The notes: generated from the letters alone by a model not told the origin. A stretch of 64,000 nt of DNA from Octopus vulgaris (GCA_951406725.2 OX597816.1:119164001-119228000), one strand, 5' to 3'; shown: positions 13,057-27,161, counted from the first letter of the stretch. Program-made: numbers and translations.

Positions 13057-13424
13057 ATTGTTAAGACACAAAGTCTCATTCAAAAACTCATTATATTTAC
13101 GCACTCTCAATCGTCAGGTCTACTTTCCCAACATTTATAAATATAACTACTTCTTATCTAACATTTTTGCCAAAATTAATTACAAGTATATAAGTATAAA
13201 TAAGTAAATAAATAAAGTCATGAACCTTATAACTTTAAGACATAAAAACTTAAGGAATACAAACGGATATGAAATACGACTAAAAATATTTTATGGCTTG
13301 GTTGAGTTAATACCGTTTGGAGTTAATGAAGTTGTGGGTGTTTCTATCTCTAACACTATATATATATATGGTTGAAATTTACAGAAAAACAAAAGACGAA
13401 GACATGTGTATGTGTATGTATGTA

Positions 13425-13583
13425 TACATACGACGGCCGTCTTACAGTTACCATCTACCAAATCCACTCAAAAGGTTTTGATCGTCCCGAAGCTATAGTA
13501 GAAGACACTTGCCTAAGATGCCACGCAGTAGGAGTGAACCTGAAACCATGTGGTTGGGGAGCAAGTTTACTATCACACAGCCT
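13425..13583 (-). mobile_element. SINE family B, 5' half
   Basis: tctaccaaatccactca...gctatagtagaagacacttgcctaagatgccacgcagt...accatgtggttgg. Confidence 0.85.
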
Positions 13584-13617
13584 TACACACACTGACACAT
13601 ACACACATATATACATA

Positions 13618-14886
13618 CAGGATGTCTCACAAAAGCGTAAAAGCGTTGTAACAGCTGATAACTCAATTTTCATCACTGTTTAGATTTAATCCATTTGAAA
13701 TAATGAAGGTAGACAGACTATCTTTGAACAAAGAAAATTTGTCGTAAGGTGTAAACGAAAATTTGAAAACGCAGTCGAAATGCTAAAACAATTTAGAAAG
13801 AAGTTTCAAACAGATCCACCAATGCCACTTGTCATCCCTTGTAATAAGGATAAGTTTAAAACAGATGGAACTGTTCAAAATATCCATCAGGAACGTTTCG
13901 AAAGACACTACATACCGATGACAGGGTACTAGAAACGTAATGCTAGAGTTCAAGAATATCTGTGCGGCAAGCGAGTCGTGAGATAGGAATTTCAAAATCA
14001 AATGTCCATTGCATTTCGAAGTGCTGTCATTGGAAAAGTTAGTCTGAATGATGTCCCGAACCGAAGAGAGGAATTTTGCGAATGGTACTTGGCAAGTTAT
14101 TTAGAAGAACGTACACTCTCTAAAATTGATTGTTTGAAGTGATGAGCGTATATATAAATTAAATGATTCATTTAACCGCTACAATTCCATCTATTGGGGA
14201 GCTAAGAATCTGCATATGATGAAGGAACATGAGATTAATTTAGTAGGAGCTACACTATAGAGAGGTATATGATGAAAAGTATTAACTAGACCATTCTTTT
14301 ATAACGGTACTGTGACTGATACAATTTACTCTAACATGCATTCAAGACTCCTTTGAAGATGTGAGGTTTTATCTCTAGCAAGATGGGACACAGCACATTA
14401 GCAAAGTAAGGCTTTTGTGGAGTTTTATCTCTAGCAAGATGGGACACATCACATTAGCATAGTAATGTAAGGGCTTACCTTCATAAGATTTTGCCACACA
14501 AGTTTATTGGACAAACAAGTTCACTTGAATACTGCCTATATTCGCCATACCTCACACCACTGTATTTTTTATGGGAATACTTAAAAGATAAAGTTTACAG
14601 TACAAAACCGACAGCAGTTGACGAATTGAAATCAGCCATTGAACAACAATACTCAGAAATATCGAACAAAATGTTTCTTGATGTTTGAAATTCTATTGCT
14701 TCCCGTTTATCAGGAGTGCCTGGATCAAAACAGTAATCAGTTTGAAGACAGGCGTTCTTAAATAAATAAATAATTAAATAAATATATTCTGCTGGGAGAT
14801 TCCACTTGATTTTAAAAATGAAATGTATTTTAATAAGTATTGACTTTATTATTCAATGTGCGTATACATTCCTGTGCATATACACC

Positions 14887-14887
<1 letters not shown>
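13618..14887 (+). mobile_element. Tc1/mariner transposon, DD41D (rosa/Visitor-like), full-length but dead
   Basis: TA flanks and degenerate TIR CAGGATGTCTCACAAAAG. Translated pieces: FEQRKFVVRC..FENAVEMLKQFRKKFQTDPP, SDE...NRYNSIYWG, QDG, SPYLTPLYFLWEYLKDKVYSTKP. There are 41 residues between the 2nd and 3rd catalytic positions after one frameshift correction. Internal duplication at about 14367-14459. Confidence 0.85.
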
Positions 14888-14937
<50 letters not shown>

Positions 14938-14940
14938 TAA

Positions 14941-15009
<69 letters not shown>

Positions 15010-15261
15010 TGTATGTATGTATGTATGTATGTATCTGTGTATGTATGTATGTATGTATGTATATGTAAGTATGTATATGTATGTGTGCGTGTATTGATAT
15101 GTATATACATATATATATATATGCGTGTGTGCGTGCGCGCGTGTCTACATGTCTATATAAATATTTAGATCAGATCAAATATGTTTGGGATATATTTGAT
15201 CTGTATTATACTAGTATTATGAATTTTTTCTTCCAAGTCTGTTTAAATAAATCAGAGAATG

Positions 15262-15314
<53 letters not shown>

Positions 15315-16076
15315 ACGCAGCAAACTGATTCGTTTTCTTCCAAATTCAACTATCTTCATAATTTGTGAAACATTCCAGGGAGTCTCCATTTGAGGTGCAC
15401 ATACATGCAATCATATGTGTATATGATATACACATGCACATTAACTGTTGTACTCCTAGATACACTATGTCTGAATAAAAGGTGAGATAGTCGCGGCTGG
15501 AACACAATTTTTATGGTGCTGTATAATTAAGGCTCAGTTGTGCTTACACACCAAGAACAAAAATCCTAATACCTGATCAACTTCCTTCCCTTTTCCCTTC
15601 TTTTCGTCAACATCCTTTGCACCCATCCAACACACTATTCAAAAAAATGTCTCTGCTTGGAACGCCAGAATTAATACACACACACACATATACACAGACT
15701 ACATACGAACTAATTAAATTTCAGGAAGTTTATTAACTATATTGCTGTTTTTTTTTTTATTGAAACAAATCATCATTCGTCGGTGCTTTTCTTTTGCGAG
15801 AACAAATGATTCGTTTGATTTTAGTGATGAATTCAGATTCTCTTGTGTTTCTCTTATTAATTATTATTTTAAAAATTGATTGAAACTATAATTCACAGCG
15901 ATATTCTGTAGTAAAGCTGAAAAATGAAAAATCGTAGCAGTTTCATAAAAACACATGAGCAGAGTGGGTACATTTACACTTCATGACAAACATTGTCTTA
16001 TAAATTGACCATGTTACATCACTGTGTAACGTTTTCCTAGGCGGAGTTTAGTAACAACATTCAGACCAGCAATATA

Positions 16077-16308
16077 TATTTCTTTACTACTCACAAGGGG
16101 CAAAACACAGAGGGGACAAACAAGGACAAACAAAGGGATTAAGTCGATTACATCGACCCCAGTGCGTAACTGGTACTTAATTTATCGACCCCGAAAGGAT
16201 GAAAGGCAAAGTCAACCTCGGCAGAACTTGAACTCAGAACGTAACGACAGACGAAATACGGCTACGCATTTCGCCCGGCGTGCTAACGTTTCTGCCAGCT
16301 CGCCGCCT
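16077..16308 (-). mobile_element. Full-length young SINE family A with a 17-bp target-site duplication
   Basis: Perfect TSD ttcagaccagcaatata at 16060-16076 and 16309-16325. tRNA-like head ggcggcgagctggcagaaacgttagc...gagttcaagttc. Confidence 0.95.
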
Positions 16309-17922
16309 TTCAGACCAGCAATATAATTGACCGTTGATCGATTACAATGCTGAAATTCATGATACCTAATAATTATGTAGAAAGGACGATAAAGAAGAAA
16401 GAGTGTTAGAAAAGCTATGCAACATATCTTAAACTACTATCTTTCTAACATGGCAAATTGGAACTCCATCATTCCCATTTTCAGTCTCTTAAAATAAAAA
16501 AAATAAAATAAAATGATCAGTTCTTCGAAAGCCTAGAATCATTTTTCTCTGTGACCACAGGTTTCTGGTATATAAATCCGTTCTAGTTCTTCTTATTTTA
16601 TATCATGATGGCGCTAAAGTTTAGGAAAACAAAAGAAAAGCAAAGTTGTATTTAATACCAACAAAATATTTCTTGAAGTATCTAATAAAGTTTCTCATGA
16701 AATAATAACACATAGACTGAATTTTGCTCAGTAGTAGTGATTAATAAATCTGCCTGTATCCATACCCCGCCTCATCAATTTTGATGTCCCTCCGTCATCT
16801 GTGGAATTTATTTTTGGTCTTCCTTAACAACATTCTGCTTTTTACTATTACAATAGAATCGCTAGAGCGTCGGGTTTCTTTGCCTTATGGAATTTGTTAT
16901 GGCTCTCTACATTCTGAGATCAGATCCCTCTAAGATCAAATTTGACTTTAACCCTTCTGAGGTCGATAAATAAAGTCCTTGCACAGAGCAATGGTTTGGT
17001 AGAAGTATTAGAACATCGGTCGAGATGTCCTGCTTTACTAGAGAGTCCCGCAAATAATTAGGTTACCATGAAACACCGGCATCGAGGCCAGTGTAATAAA
17101 AAATTTGACTGCCCAAGAAATTCCAATGAACTTACAAAAACTAATGTATAGCGGATTCATAAGAGCCTTAAGTATTGGTGGGAGTTAGCGGGTAGGCAAG
17201 GCTTTTAATCACGATTTACTTCGTCTCAAACCTATGGTTCCTTATTATTTCTTGATTTAAATATTAGCAGCTTTCAACAATATATTTGCACTTTCGTATT
17301 AGAGATGTTTACATAATTCATAAAAAGTTTGAAAGACAATGTTTATATCGGCGGGATTTGAACTTACGACGCTGAAAGATTAGGATAGATTTTGTAAGAT
17401 ATTCATTTCGATGCAGTCTCGTTTCTGGCACATCACCCTAGTTATAGAGTTCTCACTTCGCCAAATACTCTTAGAGAAGACGTACATGGCACATGTTCTG
17501 TGCCACTATTTTAATAAATTTCAACACATGACATAGATACCTCTGCGCAGAACAAGGAATGTCTGCTATACACTTCTGATTACTGGTGATTTCGTATCAC
17601 TTGCAACGTTAACAACTTGAGGAAAAGAATGGACGTTACATCTTCGGTTTTCACTTCCTCTAAAATCAGAGAAACTTTTGTGTTTAATGAAAAAGAAAAT
17701 TTTAAAATTCAACACTTTTACAGCTACTATGATATGAATATTTGATTCTGAATCTTAATTTGATAATGATTTCTTAATTAAGAAAGAACTTCTAATTAAT
17801 TTAGCGTTAAGTGTCTTAATCCGGATCATATAATTATATTTGAAGAGGAATTCGAACGCTTAACTTTCAAGACAAGAGTTTGAATTATGGCATTGCGTGT
17901 GTGCGTGTGTGTGTGCATGCAT

Positions 17923-18024
<102 letters not shown>

Positions 18025-18169
18025 GTATGTATGTATGCCTGTATGTATGTATTATGTATATGTAGATATATTATGCATACACAAAAATATATATTTATGC
18101 ATATATTTGTATTATTTGTATATGCGTGTATATACATATTGTATAAATTTATGTGTGCGCGTGTATATA

Positions 18170-18217
<48 letters not shown>

Positions 18218-18854
18218 ATATGTATATATATATATGCATATACATATATATTTATACGATTAGCCTCAACAACGACTCATCAAAAGTTAAATAAAACATC
18301 ATAACATGGCGGCTACAACCATATGAAAATGAAATGGTCCTGTTTACGAATTCTATAACTTAATTTGATAAAAACATAATGATAATGATAACAATGAAAA
18401 ATAACAATAAAAACAAAAACAATACAAAATAAAACCAAAAAACGTAAATGGAAGGTAAACAAACGAAGACAAAACATCTAGCTATTTACTTTAATATACT
18501 CTTTCCTTTTTCTGCTTTTTTTTTTAATATGCCAATCATTTCAATTTAAGCGTGTTGTGCTATCGATATTGTTCTCCTCGTTAGCTATTTTTTCGTCCGT
18601 TTTATTCAAAACGTTTCTCACGCCTTGTCAAAATATTGGTATTTTCATCAGCATTCATCGATTCCTAGTCAAACATGATATTGTAGTAAGCAATTTAGGT
18701 AAAAATCGCTTAATTGTGTTATCATTCATTAAATGAAAATTCTTCATCTAAATGTTCTCCTTCACTTAATTAACTTAAGACTAACCGACGCTATCAATCG
18801 ACATTTTGTTACTTCTATGTTATTTCCTTTTAATTTTTTCGTTTATATTTTATC

Positions 18855-19708
<854 letters not shown>

Positions 19709-20037
19709 TACAATTGAATGAACCCCAGTATATTAAACGTATATCATTTATCCAAGTGGAATAAAAAGGCAAAAATCAACTCCGGCCGAACTTTAATGAT
19801 GCTGAGAGCAGGACTAAGAAATTAAATATTCTAAGAATTAAATATTCTAAGACATTTAGTAGAATTCCACCATTGCTTCACTTCCTACCTTTTGCATATT
19901 AGCAATAATAATTACCATGCATTCCAGCACAAAAATACAATTTTAAACCTAATCTTCGCTTGACTAGAGTTGAACGTTGCCTCTATCTTCTACTGATAGC
20001 TAAAGACGACAATTAAACACTGAGAAAATAGTTCATT

Positions 20038-20288
20038 TCGTTGCTGTTATGATAAACTGTCGTACCGAATTTGGACAAATGCGCTTGTTTTTTTCAATAT
20101 TGATTTTTGCTTGAACTAGCCGGTTCTTTTGGTCAAACTATCGTATCTCCAGCTGCTTAAGATGTCAAGATATCAAAAATTGTCAAAGTGTAGTATGACG
20201 GTTTTGTAATGGAATGGTGAAAACTATTTTTTCGTTTTCTGAAAAAGCAACGTTTTGGACTTATGACACGTTTGCATAATAGCAACGA
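20038..20288. mobile_element. Old MITE-like element with ~28-bp inverted ends
   Basis: tcgttgctgttatgataaactgtcgta versus the reverse complement of the right end, tcgttgctattatgcaaacgtgtcata. True termini and TSD unresolved. Confidence 0.45.
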
Positions 20289-20480
20289 TTTTGATTTCGA
20301 AATTTGCATGCAAACTGCTTACTAAGGTTCAAATCCTGTTGCGGTCTCTTGTGCCTTTCATCCTTTTGGGGTCGATAAAATGACCACCAGTTGAGCTGTG
20401 GAGTCGATGTAATCGACTGCCCTACTCTCCTAAATTCATGGCCTTGTGCCTATAGTAGAAAGAATGATAACGCATTCCTT

Positions 20481-20596
<116 letters not shown>

Positions 20597-20963
20597 AAGC
20601 AATCAGAAACTCATAGAACCAGGGCACTATCAGTTCGCATAAACGCGAAATGTATGGAGTGGCAAAATGAAAATAAGAATACACAAGAAAAACACGATAA
20701 CAGTTATTATCTTTATTATTTTACCACCGACCTTGCATGTCGGGATCGATAAAATATGTTCTAGTTGAGCATAGGAGTCTACAAATTCCAGAATTTCAAG
20801 CCTTGTGCCTATTGTAGAAAGCATTATTTATTATTATCATTATATCACCGAGGATGACTTCATTTTTTATCCTTTCGTGGTTGATAACATTAGAGTCAAA
20901 GTTTCCCCAAAATTTCAGGCTTTGGGCCTATTGTAGAAAATATTGTTATTATTATCATTATTA

Positions 20964-21345
20964 AGGCGGTGAGCTGGCAGAATCGTTAACGCCCGGGCAA
21001 AATGCTTAGCGGCATTTCTGCGGCGCTTTACGTTCTGAATTCGACTTTGCCTTTCATCTTTCCGAGTCGAAAAAAAAAGTACTACTCAAGTAACGGGAGT
21101 CGATGCGAGGAAGCGCGTGGCTTAGTGGTAAGGGTATTGGACTCATGATTGTAAGATTGTAGTTTCAATTCCTGGAGCGGGCGACGTGTTGTGTTCTTAG
21201 AGTAAAACACTTCATTTCACGTTGTACCAGTCCACTCAGCTGTGAATAAGAAATCCTAGGACGGACTTGTGTCCTGTTGTGGGTTAATGTTGTGATAGCG
21301 ATCACTTATACCCTATGGGAACCGGGTATCCAGTCCTATGAGACC
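20964..21345 (+). mobile_element. SINE family A (20964-21106) interrupted by SINE family C (21107-21345)
   Basis: Family C head gcgcgtggcttagtggtaag...ttggactcatgat...gtttcaattcc has A/B-box-like motifs; a second copy is at 25506. Confidence 0.8.
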
Positions 21346-22209
21346 TAGAGTTCCAGACCGTAATGTCCAGAGGATTTGCTTTGTCAAATGTTCTACTGTT
21401 TCGTCTTGTTTAGTCCTTCCAACTCCGATCAGTCTTGGTTGAATTGACTTATAATCAAACACATTTCAATCATGACCAATCTGTTTTTTTTTGGACTATA
21501 CTAAGGTCTACATTATCTAGTGTGTTCTGTTCTTTCTCAATACCATAGATTGTGATTTGAGAAAAATGTGGTTGTTATTTGGAGCAGATCGAGTGACCAC
21601 GTATATTCTTTCTCGTTCATTTCTTAGTAATTATTAAGGGGTCCAAAAGCATTCTATTACTGGCTTTTGTGTCTGTTTAGGGATATTGTAAAACCCTTTA
21701 ACCAGTATGCTTCATTTGTTTCTCAAGAAAGTAGAAATGAGATTTGAGGGAGACTTTCCTACTATTTCTAGTAAGTCTAGCGACCATATAAAAGTTCTTT
21801 CGTTATCTGGAATGATGAAATAGCAGAAACGATGAAGTGTCGATGTCAACAACTCGCTATGACCATTTAGGTCCTTAGATTGATGAAATAATCTTTCATA
21901 TTATAAAATGGTAGATTGGCTGAACAATAAGAGCGTTCAGTAAGACCTGTCGAAGTCAACTTTGCCTTTTACAATTCCTGGGTCGATCATATAAAGGATC
22001 AAGATCCGATCCAAGGCGGTGGATTGGCGAAATTATTAAATATTTGAGCATAATACCTTGCTGTATTTGTTCTGGCTCTTAAATTTATGAGTTCACCGAG
22101 GATGATGCTGGTCGGAACTCTATCGGATTTTGTTTTCTTCCCAGACAGCGTCGGTGGCGTGGAAGGAGAAAAATAAACTGCATATATTATTTGTCTTCCA
22201 AAGCTGGCG

Positions 22210-23585
22210 CACATTGTGCTCAGATTGGCTAATTCAGGAAAAGAAATTCATATCTGGGATTAAAATAATCACCTGATAGTGGTTGGGGGCTCGTTTGAAC
22301 CACAATTTTAAGGGCTATCAGCTAGAACCAAAATTATTGTTTGTCTTTGTTTATGGGGGTCTGGGTACAAATAATCAAATCAGGGCATATCGACCAAAAT
22401 TGCCTCTTTGGTGAATTGCGGTTAAAAGTGATTATCTCGTCAGCTTATCAAGTATAACATCCATGACATCTTCAGAAGAATGTTCATCATGTCGCATCCA
22501 GCAATTGCTTCGAAACAACCCAGCCGAAGTTGTTCTGTTTGTGGTAAAGTTGATCACACAGCTCGTTCTTCAAAACTTAAGAAGATGTCTGCTTTGGCAG
22601 AACAATCGAGAATCGAATCACTATATTACTGACTGGTCCATGTTACGCATATTTATTGTTTGACATTGTTGTTTCGATATTTGTTGTGAATAATAAGTGA
22701 TGAGTTTTCACAATTTAGTGCAAATGATGGGGGAGGGGTGGTTTTCATTGTATTTTTCCTTTTTTGTGGGGAGGGTGGGGTAGACTATGGTAAAGTTCCA
22801 ATCCAGGGATTTGTTGGGTATAGTTTCTTTTTGTTATCTCGTGTTTTGGCCCTTCTTCAATTTCGGCGTAAGCAAGGCAAAATCCTCCAAGCCAGAACCT
22901 GACATTCCTAATCAGATTTTTACTCCATAAAATAGGTTGAATACCAAAATAAGTACTCATAAGATCAATTATTTCAAGAAATTTATTAGATTTTGAGTCC
23001 ATTTTATGCTTCCTGCTTTATACTTGTTTAATCACGTCGGGGGTCAATAAATACCGATTTTTCCCAATTTTGGTTGGTTATGATGTTTGGTTCCCAAACT
23101 GGAATTATACTTTCTGTGTGGACTTTTAACCTCTTTGAACTGATTTTTTTTCTCACAGTTTACATAAAATGCTGAGGATGTCAAATATGTTAGCCCTTAA
23201 TATGTTGAAATTTGTAAGTTTTTAAAAAAAATATGAAGTTTGAGGCGGTTTTACCAAAAAATTGGATATTTTTCGTGCATCCCCTATTTTTTCAAATTTC
23301 TCAAATTTATATTGGACTATGCACTCTTGGCTGTAGCTTGACTGAAAGACAAATGCTTCTAAATAAGTTCAAACAGAGGTTTAAAATATTTTTTGTGAAA
23401 GAAAATATGATCAATCTTATGATACTAAAAAAAAAACGTAAATTTCGTTAAAAATTGAGCTATAATTTATTTTAAACTTTTTTTTGCTTTTTAATCTCTT
23501 GAGTTTAGAGAAACAGAAAATATGCATTTTAGACATCTGGGGGAAACTTTCAAAAATGATAAATTCCCACTCTGGGCACAATGTG
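22210..23585 (+). mobile_element. Non-autonomous Transib/RAG1-like DNA transposon (1,376 bp)
   Basis: TIRs CACATTGTGCTCAGATTGGCTAATT and (reverse complement) CACATTGTGCCCAGAGTGGGAATT. 5-bp flanks TGGCG/CAGCG, both one CpG transition from CGGCG. Inserted in the head of a family A SINE. Contains a RAG1/Transib-like C-terminal remnant. Confidence 0.8.
22432..22632 (+). pseudogene. C-terminal remnant of a RAG1-like/Transib transposase
   Basis: Open frame LSRQLIKYNIHDIFRRMFIMSHPAIASKQPSRSCSVCGKVDHTARSSKLKKMSALAEQSRIESLYY*. Resembles the RAG1 ARQS..EDV and Transib D(V/I)FxR..S(D/H)PxI region, followed by a Cx2Cx3(G>D)H knuckle. Confidence 0.65.
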
Positions 23586-24000
23586 CAGCGAGCTGTCAGA
23601 ATCGTTAGCGCGCTGGACAAGATGCTTAACGGCAGTTCGTTCATCTTTACGTTCTTAGTTTAAATTCCGTCGAGGTCGACTTTGCGCTTCATACTTTCGG
23701 AGTCGATAAATTCAGTATCAGTCAAGCGCTAGATTCGATATAATCGACTAGCCAACTCCTAAATTTCAAGCCTTGTACCTATAACAGAAAGGATTATTAA
23801 CTTTCCAAAGGTGGTGAGCTGATAGAATCGTTAGCACGCCAGACAAAATGCTTATTGGTATTTCAATTTCTGAGCTCAAATTATGCTAAGGTCGACTTTG
23901 CTTTACATCCTTTCGGGGTCGATAAAATAAGTACCAGTTGAGTAATCGACTCCCCCCCCCCCACCACCACTCCAATTCAGAACTTGTATCTATAATAGAA
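23586..24000 (+). mobile_element. Two tandem SINE family A copies; the first has its head split by the Transib-like element
   Basis: cagcgagctgtcagaatcgttagc... and ggtggtgagctgatagaatcgttagcacgcc... Confidence 0.85.
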
Positions 24001-24142
24001 ACAAATTTTAGTCTATGTAAAAGATATCAAACTTGTCCCGACTTGCAAATTGAAGAGGACTCCCTGTGTAAATTAGAAAGTTAACGCTGACTGGCAAAGA
24101 CCTTACGAGCGAAGAGCCTATTTGTTCCTTTAATATTGGAGT

Positions 24143-24352
24143 CAAGTTTTGGCACAAGGCTAGTCATTTCGAGGGAAGGGATAATTTGATTAAATTGACC
24201 CCAATGCTCAACTGGTACTTATTTTATCGACCCCCAAAAAGATGAAAGGCAAAGTCAACCCCGGCAGCATTTGAACCCAGAACGTAAAGTCGGGTGAAAT
24301 GCCGTGAAGCATTTTGCCTGGCGTGCTAACGATTTTGCTAGCTTGCCACTTA
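24143..24352 (-). mobile_element. SINE family A
   Basis: ttttggcacaaggc...ggtacttattttatcgacccc...gcctggcgtgctaacgattttgctagcttgccac. Confidence 0.9.
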
Positions 24353-25505
24353 ATTTGTTCCAGTTTTAGTATTATCTAGGGTATTAAAGAGATAGAAGTA
24401 GAATTACTTCAATATTTAGTATAATCTAGGGCAATTATGAGATAGAAATGAAATTTCTTTAATATTTAGCGTTATATAGGACTGTAGAGAAGTAGAAAGA
24501 ATAGTCCTGTACAGTATTTAACCTTCTTTACCTTATGTACACAAATGTCATGGAGGGGAATTTTTTTTCTCTTTTTTGCCTGTTGTGTCCATGGTTCTAT
24601 AAAAGGTGTCAGCAATGTGCTGCCGTCGATTTAATCGATACCATTCATTTCCTTACAAATTTGTGGTATTGTGCCAAAAGTTAGAAATCAATATTTAATA
24701 TTACTACGAGGAACGGAGGGGAGAGAGTAGGGTGATAATCAAAGAATTGAAGATTGATTGGTTTCTGTTTTATTGTATTTATATATTTGTTTATCATATT
24801 AGTCTTTATCAATGTTGTTGTTGCTGCTTAGCCTCAGAACTCTATTATTTAACGTGTCCTTTATTTTATTAAGGCGGTGGAGGGATTGATTGCAGGGATG
24901 TTCTATTAGGTCTAACAACCATTTACGAGTTCTTCCATTTTCTCTTATATTCATTACTGTTGCTTTGTCCCGCACCAGCCAACTCTGATCGAACAGACCG
25001 AGCCATGAGCAAAACTATTTCCAACCGTGGCCATCTCAACTTTTCGAGGAATATTAAGGACTACATTATCTAATGTGCCATACATCAGATAATGTAGTTT
25101 TTAAGATCGCAAGCTGCAATTTTGGAGGTATTTTTTGCATATATACGTAAATGTTAGCGATATGAATATAGGTAAAAACAATGTTAGAACGTTTGTCATG
25201 TAAACAGATGTGGGCTTCAGTTCCGTGAGTAGCCCCCGATCGTTTTCTACCCAATATTTACATGCTTTTATTTAGAGGCATATGGTCCATCTTTTCATCC
25301 GCCAAGGGCGACTTCGCCAGTCATCTTTTTCGTAGTCGATAAAATAAGTAACAGTTGAACACTGGGGTCAATAGTATCGATTAGATCCTTCCACTAAATT
25401 TCACGCTCTGTGCCTATAATAGAACGAAAAAAATTTATGGCTCTATGTGTGCTTGGAGAACTACTATTCCATAAAACAATTTTTAATATTAGCCTGTTGC
25501 TACGT

Positions 25506-25945
25506 GGAGGCGCGTGGCTTAGTGGTAAGAGTGTTGGACTCATGATCGTAAGATTGTGGTTTCGATTCTTGAACTGGGCGACGTGCTGTATTCTTGAGCA
25601 AAACACTTCATTTTACGTTGCTACAGTTCGTTCAACTGGAAGAAATGAGTAATCCTGCGACGGACCGGCATCTCGTCCAGGTGGAGAATATATGCGCCAT
25701 GGAAACCGGCTCTGTGAATCTATATGACTCGGGAAGGAACTTTACTTAGGGTAGTGAGCAGAATGCTTAGTGACATTTCTTTCCGTCATGATGTTCTGAA
25801 TTCAAATTCCTCCAACATTGACTTTACCTTTCATCCCTTCGGGGTCGATAAAATAAGTACCAGTTGAATTCTGTGCTCCATGCAATCGACTTATCCTCCC
25901 CACCCGCCAAAAAAATTGTTGGCCTTGTGCCAAAATTTGAAATCA
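25506..25945 (+). mobile_element. SINE family C (25506-25745) followed by SINE family A (25748-25945)
   Basis: Head gaggcgcgtggcttagtggtaagagtgttggactcatgatcg; matches the 21107 copy. Confidence 0.85.
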
Positions 25946-26298
25946 TTATTGTGCTGTTGCTATGATTCGAATGCTTTACACTCTTCGTCGGGAATTTATT
26001 GGAAAGAATAACATAACATAGATAGAGAGTTAAACTAGTAATGACATGGTCAGGCTCTTTTTCTGGCGCATTTTAGTCGGTCAGACATCCAAAAGTCCAC
26101 TGGCAGCAGAACGCATCTATCACGGTCTTAATATCTTTGCAATGTCAGAACAAGGTATCGGAAGCAAAGATGTTGATCTCATCCCTGCAATCACTCATCA
26201 CCTTAAGGAACACGGATAAAATTAACACAAATGAAATTAAGTGAAATGAAGTTTTAATACCAAACTGTGGTTTGGTGATATATCTAAGGATTTCAGGT

Positions 26299-26352
<54 letters not shown>

Positions 26353-26354
<2 letters not shown>

Positions 26355-26766
26355 TTCTTTTTTATCTTTTTTATCTTTTATCTTTTACTTGTTTCAGTCA
26401 TTTGACTGCGGCCATGCTGGAGCACCGCCTGTAGTCGAGCAAATCGACCCCGGGACTTATTCTTTGTAAGCCCAGTACTTATTCTATCGGTCTATTTTGC
26501 CGAACCGCTAAGTGACGGGGACGTAAACACACCAGCATCGGTTGTCAAGCAACGCTAGGGGGACAAACACACACACATACAGATATATATATATACATAT
26601 ATACGACAGGCTTCTTTCAGTTTCCGTCTACCAAATCCACTCACAAGGCATTGGTCGGCCCGGGGCTATAGCAGAAGACACTTGCCCAAGATGCCACGCA
26701 GTGGGACTGAACCCGGAGCCATGTGGTTGGTTAGCAAGCTACTTACCACACAGTCACTCCTGTGCC
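26353..26766 (-). mobile_element. Full-length SINE family B (CORE-like, internal microsatellite; probably the octopus OR-type)
   Basis: Element sense: ggcacaggagtgactgtgtggtaagtagc...gggttcagtccc...cttgggcaagtgtcttc...(TA/TG)n...gctccagcatggccgcagtcaaatgactgaaacaagtaaaaga. Near-identical to 33161-33613. Confidence 0.9.
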
Positions 26767-27161
26767 TATCTACAAATAAATAAATAAATAAATAAATAAC
26801 AGACGATGGATGAATGTCAGTTCATTACATCTATTTCTAACGCATTTTAAATAGATGAATGTACTCATTCATTTATTCAAAATGCTTTAGGAACAGCTTT
26901 AATAAACTGGCATGTATTCGTCGTCTGCTATTTATTTATTTGCTTATAATACACCAAAAGAGATTCAGGACCTGTCAAACATTCTAGGGTATATCAAATA
27001 CCGTGTGATCAACACAACGTGCACTTTCAACCAGCCCCTAGGCGTTAAATACTCGGAAGGGTTGAATTCTCCGTGTGCACAACCTGAATATTCTACTGGA
27101 TGAACTTCAGTACCCAGTATATTTATTCGACTAAAAGCGGTGCTTGCAAGTTATACATACA

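Noticed and set aside
17062-17075. RFX X-box-like GTTACCATGAAAC
   Set aside because: Isolated, imperfect motif with no supporting context.
22217-22250. 12/23-spaced RSS nonamer in the Transib-like TIRs
   Set aside because: Only a weak A-rich patch on the left end and none on the right; not supportable.
22745-23002. Convergent minus-strand 85-aa ORF as a possible RAG2L remnant
   Set aside because: No kelch or PHD features are recognisable; it is likely subterminal non-coding DNA.
25506-25580. tRNA-like sequence with a CAT anticodon-like loop (also at 21107)
   Set aside because: It continues into a SINE body and lacks a proper acceptor stem, so it is a SINE head rather than a tRNA gene.
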